From: an uncultured virus (IMG/VR IMGVR_UViG_3300032397_003421)
Lineage: Duplodnaviria; Heunggongvirae; Uroviricota; Caudoviricetes
Virus record (IMG/VR): IMGVR_UViG_3300032397_003421
Direction: 5' to 3' (one strand)
DNA: 64,000 nucleotides
Every line of letters starts with the position of its first letter. Within the stretch, counting starts at the first letter, position 1. Shown piece after piece: positions 29,634 through 37,582 of this stretch. A model generated the notes under the pieces. It worked only from the letters and a program-made list of their open reading frames with translations. It had not been told where the DNA came from and did no database searches. The position numbers were made by a program, and so were the translations under genes.

Positions 29634-31100
29634 TTAAATAAGTGAATCAAGTGTCATAAGTCTTACAAACTTGGAATTTACAACTTTTGTGTCCTCGATG
29701 ACTGCTGAATTCCCCTCGGTTACGAAGTTAGGGTATCTTAAACTGGAATCTATCTCTGTTAATGTGCCAAAAATTATTGAACAATCCATGGCTTCTTGAG
29801 GATTTTTGTAAACAAGTAACATTTCGTTAGTTGCAACAAGTGAAGCATCTGCTGGACAAGTATAAACCTCCATATCAGAAAGAGTACCTGATTGATATAC
29901 GCCATTTTTAACATCACCCATAACATCTTTCCAAAGATCATGGTTTTTCATATATTCAGTTGCTTTAGAACCAGCAACAATCTTATTGATACCACCTCTT
30001 TTGATGTCATCATAAATTACAGCACCAACTCTTCCAATTTCTGTAAGAAGTCTTTGTGCATGAGATTTATAACTGATTTCACCAGCTGCTGCAAAGTCTG
30101 TATCAAAAGTAGCAACTGCATTACTTAAAGCTACGCGCCTTGCTTGAGCTACTGATCTATAGTCTTTTGCTCTTGCATGTTCTTGACCAACAGCCATAGC
30201 CATATAGTCTTTAGCATCTCCAAGACCAGTAGTTTCAAACATAATTTGTGTCATATCTGAAATTCTATATCCAAGAGGCATAGGACGTGCATTAAAACGA
30301 GTTTTAACAAGTTCAAGACTCATTGTACCATAATTAGTATAATTAGTTGATTGTTCTGAGTTCCAATTATATACTGCAGTAATTGCTACGCCCGCTAAAG
30401 GACCAGCACCAGCATAGAAATTTAGAGTAATAACTCCAGTTGCATAAACAACAGTATTAGTTGCTGCTGGATCAAGAAGCGTTCCAACAAGAGTACCAGA
30501 ACCATTATCAACAGCTATAATAGCGCCATCTAACAAAATTTGTGTTTTAAATGGGATAAGTGGAATATAAGTCATTGCACCAGATACGAATGTTATAGTA
30601 CCAACACCAGCACCTGTTCCAACTGATCCATAAAATTCTTCACCAGAGTAATATGGTTTTAAATTTTCATAAGATCTTGTATTTGCAGTTGTTCCTCTAA
30701 GAGCTTGCTCATATGTTGCTTGAATATAGAACAGTGCATCATCTGTAGATGTAAGAGGATATTCTGTAAATATATCACCACGTTTAGAATTAGCTGAACC
30801 TAGAAAAACTGCTTTAAGCATATGTTCTGGTTTTACTGATGTTCCAAAAGTAGTTGAATATAGATTTTCTTTAATAATCTGTTTGAGAACTTTTTCTTGA
30901 TTTTCAAGCATAATGGCTGCTTTACGAATTTTAGCAGGATTAGATGCATATTTATCTAGCATTTCTTTTCCAACTAAATCTGTTTTAGACCATTTAGATA
31001 CGCAAGCTTCACCAAGTTTGGATTTAGAACTCCATTCTTTATTGATAACTTCTTGCATTTGACCTTCACTTAGTTTTTCTGTTTGTCTTCCATGTTTCAT
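29634..31100 (-). CDS. major capsid protein (T4 gp23-like, HK97 fold)
   Basis: AIMLENQ motif, EYPL...LFYI, SLELVKTRFNARPMPL, GGINKIVAG, G.L...EVY; directly downstream of the protease/scaffold gene. Confidence 0.85.
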   Translation of the reverse strand: MKHGRQTEKLSEGQMQEVINKEWSSKSKLGEACVSKWSKTDLVGKEMLDKYASNPAKIRKAAIMLENQEKVLKQIIKENLYSTTFGTSVKPEHMLKAVFLGSANSKRGDIFTEYPLTSTDDALFYIQATYEQALRGTTANTRSYENLKPYYSGEEFYGSVGTGAGVGTITFVSGAMTYIPLIPFKTQILLDGAIIAVDNGSGTLVGTLLDPAATNTVVYATGVITLNFYAGAGPLAGVAITAVYNWNSEQSTNYTNYGTMSLELVKTRFNARPMPLGYRISDMTQIMFETTGLGDAKDYMAMAVGQEHARAKDYRSVAQARRVALSNAVATFDTDFAAAGEISYKSHAQRLLTEIGRVGAVIYDDIKRGGINKIVAGSKATEYMKNHDLWKDVMGDVKNGVYQSGTLSDMEVYTCPADASLVATNEMLLVYKNPQEAMDCSIIFGTLTEIDSSLRYPNFVTEGNSAVIEDTKVVNSKFVRLMTLDSLI

Positions 31101-31357
31101 AACTATTATTATACCTCAATTTGTATAAATTTTAATTTTATAAGTTTCTTCTTTTAAAAATTACTTTATAAAGTGTTCTTTAAATCATATATAAAATTGT
31201 TTATTTTCAAACTCAAGTGGATATTTTGAATGGCTGTTATTAGCTTACTTATTTAATTTATAAATTAGCTTTTTTGCTTCCTATAATAATCTTTTTTATT
31301 ATTTATTAGTAAAAAATAATTTAATAACTTCTTACACTTTTTGATAATTATAAACTA

Positions 31358-31389
31358 AAAAACCTCTTTTATTTCTAAAAGAGGTTTTT
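31358..31389. terminator. intrinsic terminator after the protease/scaffold gene
   Basis: AAAAACCTCTTTTA / TAAAAGAGGTTTTT. Confidence 0.7.
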
Positions 31390-31407
31390 CATATTTAAAA
31401 AAAAGAG

Positions 31408-32631
31408 TTATATCTTAAATTCGTATTTTTGAAATTTTTGATCTTTGTTATCTTTTACTGATTCTCTGAGTTTATGAATATCATTACCAAATTTATTCTC
31501 AAACATAGAAACTTTTTTAACTGCTTCTAATAGAGATCTTGATTTAAGAATTTGTTTTTGAATGTCTCTTACAGCCGGTTTATTTCTTACAACTGCTTTA
31601 TAATATTCAATAACTTCTTTTACTGGAGCTTTTGATTCTTTAACTTCAATTCTTTTTTTCTGGGTAATTGCTTCTTTTTTAGCAGCTCTTACTGCTGCCA
31701 TTTTATCTTCATCTGATTCTTTTTCATCTTCTTCATCATCTTCTGATTCTTCTAATTCATCATCATCATCTGAATCATCTTCTTCTGCTTCTTCCATTTC
31801 TTCTTCTTCATCTTCAGAATCGTCTTCATCAGTTTCTTTTACTAATTTTTTCTTTTTAGAGGTAATTGATTCTTTTTTTTCTTCTTTATCATCTTCCTCT
31901 TCTTCTGCTTCATACAAATCTTCATCATCTTCAAAGCCAAATGCATCATCTATAATATCATTTCCAGTATCTATAAAAGAATCTTCTTCATCATCAAATT
32001 CATATCCATATTCTTCTTCAAGAATTTTTTCAAGTTTAGATATTGTTTTTTCTGCAAGTTGAAGTGCTATTTTTGTTTTATTAATCTTTTTACTCATATT
32101 TTTTCTTTCCTCTTTAAACTTAGTAATATCTTGTTCTCTAAGTTGAGTATCTTCTTCATATATTTTTAAATCTGCATTTCTTTTTTCTATTTCTTCTATA
32201 AATAGTTTAATATCTTCTTCCATTTTTACTCTATCAGTAGAAAAGAGTTCAATATCTTCTTTCATTTTTTCTATTGATTTTTGAGTATCTTTATTAACAG
32301 CTTTTTCAACAATTACTTGCGCTTTTTGAAGGTTTTCTTTAAGAGTATTAATTGTTTCACAAGCTACTTGATACTTTTCAGTAAGAGTTTCTAAAGTTTC
32401 CTTAGATTCCTTAAGTTCTTTTTGAGCTAGTTCTTTTTGCTCAGCAAGTTTAGTTTGAATTGACATAATTGCAGTTTCAACTTGCGCTTTTTGTTCTGCC
32501 ATTTCTGGAATAATTGTATCAGAAACTTCTTTTAGCTCTTTTATAGCTTCAACGTAGTTTTCTTTAGCAATTGCTTCCTTTATGGTAGATTTAATTTGGT
32601 TTTTAATTGAGAGTTCCAAATATTTATCCAT
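31408..32631 (-). CDS. putative nested in-frame scaffold protein (MDKYLELSIKNQ...)
   Basis: Internal TACTAATAAAT (32661-32671) and GAGGT RBS before in-frame ATG at the protease/coiled-coil boundary. Confidence 0.6.
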   Translation of the reverse strand: MDKYLELSIKNQIKSTIKEAIAKENYVEAIKELKEVSDTIIPEMAEQKAQVETAIMSIQTKLAEQKELAQKELKESKETLETLTEKYQVACETINTLKENLQKAQVIVEKAVNKDTQKSIEKMKEDIELFSTDRVKMEEDIKLFIEEIEKRNADLKIYEEDTQLREQDITKFKEERKNMSKKINKTKIALQLAEKTISKLEKILEEEYGYEFDDEEDSFIDTGNDIIDDAFGFEDDEDLYEAEEEEDDKEEKKESITSKKKKLVKETDEDDSEDEEEEMEEAEEDDSDDDDELEESEDDEEDEKESDEDKMAAVRAAKKEAITQKKRIEVKESKAPVKEVIEYYKAVVRNKPAVRDIQKQILKSRSLLEAVKKVSMFENKFGNDIHKLRESVKDNKDQKFQKYEFKI

Positions 32632-33276
32632 GTTTTTTACCTCTACCGTTTTTTCTTTTAATTTATTAGTAATATCTTTTTCAATAATTTTTATTTCTTC
32701 TTTTATACTTTCTTCTAAATTCTCTTGAGTAGCATATACATTTTGAGATGGTTTTCTTACCCAATCGCAGTTTTCAAACTCGAAATCTTCAGTCATAACC
32801 GTTTTTCCGTCAGATTCAGATAAAGTCCCAAAGGCTACTGTACTAAAACCAACTTTACCACCGGCTTTTGCTTTTTCAAGTAATAATGATCCTATTGCAC
32901 CAATACAATATAAATCTGCTGTTGCTATATTTTCACCAACTTTAAAATTTTTCCAGACCCCGGCAGTATCTAAAACACTACCATCTCCCTCTGCTGCATG
33001 GTCCGCCAAACAATCGGCCCCTTCAAATGTTTTTTTCTTTTCTACTTCAGTCCATAATTCTTTTGGGTAAATTCTTGAATTTGCATTTTCAATAAATCTA
33101 GTAACTGGTACATTTTTAAGTACACCACGACATTCATATTGTTTACCTGCTACAGCTTCAATAAATTTAGTTTCTATTTTAATATCATCTATATTAGGTA
33201 AATAAGAAATACTTTCAATAAGTAATATCTTATTTTTTTGTTTTGCTCTTTCTTCTAATGAAATCTTTGTACTCAT
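31408..33276 (-). CDS. prohead protease (T4 gp21-like) fused to coiled-coil/acidic scaffold
   Basis: NANSRIYP, ADH, VGFSTVAFG, DWVRKPS protease motifs; then long coiled coil and D/E-rich tract. Confidence 0.85.
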   Translation of the reverse strand: MSTKISLEERAKQKNKILLIESISYLPNIDDIKIETKFIEAVAGKQYECRGVLKNVPVTRFIENANSRIYPKELWTEVEKKKTFEGADCLADHAAEGDGSVLDTAGVWKNFKVGENIATADLYCIGAIGSLLLEKAKAGGKVGFSTVAFGTLSESDGKTVMTEDFEFENCDWVRKPSQNVYATQENLEESIKEEIKIIEKDITNKLKEKTVEVKNMDKYLELSIKNQIKSTIKEAIAKENYVEAIKELKEVSDTIIPEMAEQKAQVETAIMSIQTKLAEQKELAQKELKESKETLETLTEKYQVACETINTLKENLQKAQVIVEKAVNKDTQKSIEKMKEDIELFSTDRVKMEEDIKLFIEEIEKRNADLKIYEEDTQLREQDITKFKEERKNMSKKINKTKIALQLAEKTISKLEKILEEEYGYEFDDEEDSFIDTGNDIIDDAFGFEDDEDLYEAEEEEDDKEEKKESITSKKKKLVKETDEDDSEDEEEEMEEAEEDDSDDDDELEESEDDEEDEKESDEDKMAAVRAAKKEAITQKKRIEVKESKAPVKEVIEYYKAVVRNKPAVRDIQKQILKSRSLLEAVKKVSMFENKFGNDIHKLRESVKDNKDQKFQKYEFKI

Positions 33277-33454
33277 ATATTAACCTCTAAATGAAAATCT
33301 TCTTTTCCTTTATAATTATTAGTAATAATAAAATTGAAATTTTTAAATTCATCTAAAACTAAATTTAAATATTCTAACATATCTTTTTGTTCCCAATATT
33401 TTTCTATCAATTAAATTCCTTCAACTTTTTCTTGTAATGTTTTATATCTATTCA

Positions 33455-33733
33455 TTATTCTTCTTCTTTATCTTGCCCATAATTTATTAGTTCATCACCT
33501 AATTTTGTAAACATATCTCCAACATACTTAAAAGCGCGTCTTGCCCTGCGATCACCACTTGTATGGAGAGAAGTCATTTTATCAAGAAACATTTTACGTC
33601 CCTCTTCGTTGCCAAAAGAATTATCCCGTAAAAATTCTAATATTTCTGTTACCCCTGGCTCTAACCAATCAGGTATACCATTGTTATTCTTATCATCTTC
33701 ATCTTCACTATAATATCTTATGTATCTATTCAT
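33455..33733 (-). CDS. small MNRY-leader protein
   Basis: MNRYIRYYSE; DKNNNGIPDWLE Ca-binding-like loop. Confidence 0.7.
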   Translation of the reverse strand: MNRYIRYYSEDEDDKNNNGIPDWLEPGVTEILEFLRDNSFGNEEGRKMFLDKMTSLHTSGDRRARRAFKYVGDMFTKLGDELINYGQDKEEE

Positions 33734-33735
33734 AA

Positions 33736-34233
33736 TTATATCCTTGCTTTAAGATCTCTACATAATCTAGAAATAACAGAAAACTTTATATTTTCTGTAT
33801 TATTTTCAGATGGAATTTGAGTAAAAGCACTATCAATTGCAAATCCAATTGCTTTAATTACTTTAGAATCTTCAATACCAAATTTATTTGTAAGATAATT
33901 AATCGCTTCTACCACAGCATATTAAGCTGATGCAACATTATTTATATTAATCATAGATTCTTTAATCTTTTTATCTTTCTTTTTAGAAACAGTTGATTCT
34001 TTATAATCTTCTGAATTCATTTTAGAAGTAAAATCTGATAAGTCTTGAATGAATTTATCTGCAACTTTTGTGTTTGCAAATACAAGAGCTTTAAATAATG
34101 CTATTGCAGTATTTTGTGCTTCTTCATCTTTACCCCAGTTAAGATCAATAAGATCCTTTATAGCTTTTTCTGATTTAGCTTCTTCTTCATCTTCTTTAAT
34201 TATTTGTTTAAAATTTTGTTTATACCTTTTCAT
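33736..34233 (-). pseudogene. two-domain MKRY-leader protein interrupted by in-frame TAA (33922-33924)
   Basis: Frame stays open 61 more codons after the TAA and aligns with 46419..46760. Confidence 0.6.
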
Positions 34234-34467
34234 CTACTTTTCAACCTCTATATTAGGAAATTTTGATTTAACTGCAAATTTAACTTTTAATATTTCCTCT
34301 GGTGTACCATTTGCAGATACTCTTGCTAAAGCATTTCTTGCATGTGATTCATCTGGAATAGGATATTTTCTTTCTTTAGGAAAAACAAATGCGCTATCAG
34401 GAAGATCTCGTTTTTGTTTATATGTTAATGCATCTTCTTTAAAATTAAATGAATTATATCTATTCAT
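34234..34467 (-). CDS. DUF6582-like protein with MNRY leader
   Basis: RDLPDSAFVFPKERKYPIPDESHARNALAR. Confidence 0.8.
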   Translation of the reverse strand: MNRYNSFNFKEDALTYKQKRDLPDSAFVFPKERKYPIPDESHARNALARVSANGTPEEILKVKFAVKSKFPNIEVEK

Positions 34468-34469
34468 AT

Positions 34470-34907
34470 TTATGCTTCTTTTTTTAATTCTGCAGCGAAG
34501 TCTGTTTTTGTAGTATAGTATACATCATTCTCAAAAAAATGATCACTTGATATCTTTCTAGCAAACATATCTTGAATAGCTTTTATGACTTTATTATCTT
34601 CATATTTTTTATCTAGAGATACGTGTTCATATTCTATTTCAAATCCTATATCTAATTGTTCTTTTGTTATTTTAGAAATATCTCCTTTAGATTTACCACC
34701 AGTAAGAATAGTAGTTAACATAGCATAAACATATTGTTCAAGTATATCAGCTTCTATTCCTAAATCTTCTGCTAATTTATGTATACCACTGTCATCTTTA
34801 GGAAAAGGGTTTTTTTGTAAAAAATCAACTATTTTTTGAGGTATTGATTCATCTGTTAAATCTGATAATGAATCTTCTTCTTTAAATTTTCTTATATATC
34901 TTTTCAT
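34470..34907 (-). CDS. DUF5661-like protein with MKRY leader
   Basis: EQLDIGFEIEYEH...ARKISSDH..E...YYT. Confidence 0.7.
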   Translation of the reverse strand: MKRYIRKFKEEDSLSDLTDESIPQKIVDFLQKNPFPKDDSGIHKLAEDLGIEADILEQYVYAMLTTILTGGKSKGDISKITKEQLDIGFEIEYEHVSLDKKYEDNKVIKAIQDMFARKISSDHFFENDVYYTTKTDFAAELKKEA

Positions 34908-34920
34908 TTTTATATTTCTT

Positions 34921-35211
34921 TTATTTTATATTATTTTTTAAATTTTTCATACAAAGGGTAACAACTTTTTTAATATCTAATTCAAGAAATTTATCTGGAT
35001 CTTTCTCATGTTTTTTAAAATATAAATATAACGCTTTTTTAAGCATATCTGGTAATAATTGTCCAAAACTCCCAGCTATTGCATTTTCTGCATTATCATA
35101 TAACATTTCTCCCATTAATTCAAACAATACTTCTTCATCCATAAGAATTTGAATAGTCTTATTAAAAATCTTTTGTGTATCTATATTTTCTTTTATTTTA
35201 TATCTTTTCAT
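34921..35211 (-). CDS. small MKRY-leader protein
   Basis: MKRYKIKE. Confidence 0.7.
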   Translation of the reverse strand: MKRYKIKENIDTQKIFNKTIQILMDEEVLFELMGEMLYDNAENAIAGSFGQLLPDMLKKALYLYFKKHEKDPDKFLELDIKKVVTLCMKNLKNNIK

Positions 35212-35486
35212 ATTATGTCTTTCATTAAATTTATTATAGCTTTTGCTGCATTTTTATTATCCAATTTAACATTTGCCTGTACTATACTTAAACACATTCT
35301 AGCTATTGCATCATCTACAGAACCACCAAATTTTTTAGTGTATTCTTCAGAATATTCTTTAGCTATTAATCTTAATTTTTTATCTAATTCATGAGAAACA
35401 ATTATTGTCTCTACCTCCTTTAATCTATTAAAATTCTTTGATAAATATGAGTCTTCCTCTTTAAATTTTCTTGTATATCTTTTCAT
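35208..35486 (-). CDS. small MKRY-leader protein
   Basis: MKRYTRKFKEE; TACTAATA 33 nt upstream. Confidence 0.7.
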   Translation of the reverse strand: MKRYTRKFKEEDSYLSKNFNRLKEVETIIVSHELDKKLRLIAKEYSEEYTKKFGGSVDDAIARMCLSIVQANVKLDNKNAAKAIINLMKDII

Positions 35487-35513
35487 TTAGGCCTCGTAAT
35501 AAGTTTATATTTA

Positions 35514-35780
35514 TTAGTAATAAAAAATATTAAAACTAACTTCTGCTTCTTTTATTCTATCTAACCCCATTTCTACTTGTGAATTTAAATCTGCTTTAAT
35601 ATTTGCTTTTAATATTACATCTTCAGATAAATCTGTTTCATATTTAATTTCTGTATTTAATGATTTTAAAATTAATTCTTTATCTTTATAAGATTTTTTA
35701 AAATTAATTTTTGGTTTCATATTAAATTTAAATTTAAACATATAGATCAATATAATAAATATATGCGAATAAACTACCAA
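35514..35780 (-). CDS. hypothetical protein (start uncertain)
   Basis: ORF in track. Confidence 0.4.
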   Translation of the reverse strand: MVVYSHIFIILIYMFKFKFNMKPKINFKKSYKDKELILKSLNTEIKYETDLSEDVILKANIKADLNSQVEMGLDRIKEAEVSFNIFYY

Positions 35781-36009
35781 TCATCCATTGAGAAATATCA
35801 GCTAATCTATCTTCTATTTTCAATTCTTTATTATCTCTAAAATAATATTGATATATTTCAAATATAATTCCTGCAATTAATCCAGATAACAAAGAATAAA
35901 TTGAATGAATTTGAAGAAATATTATAATGGTTATATATTGTCCTACAAATATATGAGCTAAACAATTAGAAAAATTACTATAACTATGGATAAATTTATT
36001 CCATTCCAT
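35734..36009 (-). CDS. small membrane protein
   Basis: AH...FEIYQ...D.LAD pattern with TM segments; GGAGG RBS. Confidence 0.65.
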   Translation of the reverse strand: MEWNKFIHSYSNFSNCLAHIFVGQYITIIIFLQIHSIYSLLSGLIAGIIFEIYQYYFRDNKELKIEDRLADISQWMIGSLFAYIYYIDLYV

Positions 36010-36188
36010 TAATTACCTCCCATTTGAAATTTTTTTATTTTTTGTTTCAATATAGATATTTCTAATACTAAATTTCCATATACAGTAACAAGTCCTTTTT
36101 CTTTTGCTTCTATTGCTTCTGCTTGTTTCTTTTTAAGTAATTGCCCTAATTGTTCTAAAGTTTCTATTTGTTTCATCATTCAACCTTT

Positions 36189-36968
36189 TTACTGATCTAA
36201 AGTATATTCAACTCCAATTACTTTTGAAACTTCCTTTTCAAAACAATCTTTTGTAGATTTAAGTTTAGCTTCAAAAGCTATAGATACATCTCTAGCATAA
36301 TCAAAACAATCTTTTAATTCTGTATGAATCCTTGATTGAGTTTGATATATTTTATTAAAATTTTTTATATTATCTTTTTGTGGATATCTTTTTCTAAGCA
36401 ATTCTCTTAAAGAACCTTCTATTAATAAAATATTTGTATCAACAATATCTTTATATTCAGAAATAGAATATTTTAAAAAATGAGTGTTTCTACACATTTG
36501 TCGAAAAGATACTTGAACATTTGTTTCACATATTTCCATAAAATTTTCAAAGTTAGTAAAATAAGTTCCATAATGAATATCGCTTATTCCAGCGTCTTTT
36601 AAAAGGGTCATCATTATATCTGTTACTATTATTTTTATTGATTGTATATGTTTATGTAAATAATCCATTTGTTCTTTAAGAATTATTGAATTTAATTCAT
36701 TTATTGATTTAAGAAGTTTACTTTGTTCTAATAAAAAATATAAAAAACATCTATAATCATCATTAGATAATTTAAAAGAGGTGTCAATTGGTGAATTCAA
36801 TATATTTATATTAACTTCAGAATCCTTATTTTTTTTATCTTCTTTCTTTTTATTAAAAAATTCTTTTATCCATGAATAAAAATATTTAAAAATATTTAAA
36901 AAAGCAGCAAAACCTAATACAATATAGGCAATGTTTTCACCAATTGATTTTGCTGTTTGTTCATCCAT
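36189..36968 (-). CDS. membrane-anchored protein, paralogue of 11845..12627
   Basis: Full-length similarity visible by eye. Confidence 0.75.
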   Translation of the reverse strand: MDEQTAKSIGENIAYIVLGFAAFLNIFKYFYSWIKEFFNKKKEDKKNKDSEVNINILNSPIDTSFKLSNDDYRCFLYFLLEQSKLLKSINELNSIILKEQMDYLHKHIQSIKIIVTDIMMTLLKDAGISDIHYGTYFTNFENFMEICETNVQVSFRQMCRNTHFLKYSISEYKDIVDTNILLIEGSLRELLRKRYPQKDNIKNFNKIYQTQSRIHTELKDCFDYARDVSIAFEAKLKSTKDCFEKEVSKVIGVEYTLDQ

Positions 36969-36983
36969 TCTTACTTTACCTTA

Positions 36984-37463
36984 TTATATAGAAGTTTCTT
37001 TAATATTATTTTTTTTATTATTATTATATAGAAGAACAAGAGATGATACAAAACCTAATACTACTCCTAAATCAGCGGTACTTATCATTTCAGAAGTAAA
37101 AGTTCCTTTCTTAACTGCAAGCCCAGCTGCATAGATTTTAACAAATAACATGGCAGAAGCAAGAGTACAAAAAATAAAAATCCAAAAATATAAAGGTTGA
37201 AATTTATTATTACCATAAAAAAATGTAAAAGGAACATAAGTTTGCCATTTAGATTGTTTAATTTTTTTAATATCTTCTTCAATATTTTTTTTTTCCTTTT
37301 TTGTAGAATCTTTCAAATTTTCTTTTATTTTTTTAATTTTTTTCATAGGATCTCCAATTTTAGTTATTGTTTCTTCAGTAGTAGTTATTAACTTATTTTT
37401 ATTTATTAATGTAAATAAAAAAGATACATTTGTTTTTATAAATTGTATTACAGTATTAAACAT
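36984..37463 (-). CDS. two-TM membrane protein (holin candidate)
   Basis: Two C-terminal TM helices; AGGAG RBS; TACTAATA upstream. Confidence 0.55.
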   Translation of the reverse strand: MFNTVIQFIKTNVSFLFTLINKNKLITTTEETITKIGDPMKKIKKIKENLKDSTKKEKKNIEEDIKKIKQSKWQTYVPFTFFYGNNKFQPLYFWIFIFCTLASAMLFVKIYAAGLAVKKGTFTSEMISTADLGVVLGFVSSLVLLYNNNKKNNIKETSI

Positions 37464-37582
37464 ATAAATCTCCTTTTTTTCTTTTTTATAATTATTAGTA
37501 CTTAGAAAATAATAAATATATTAATAAATAGAAAAATATGCAAATTAATATTGTTATTAACATTATTTTCTCTTAAAAATTT

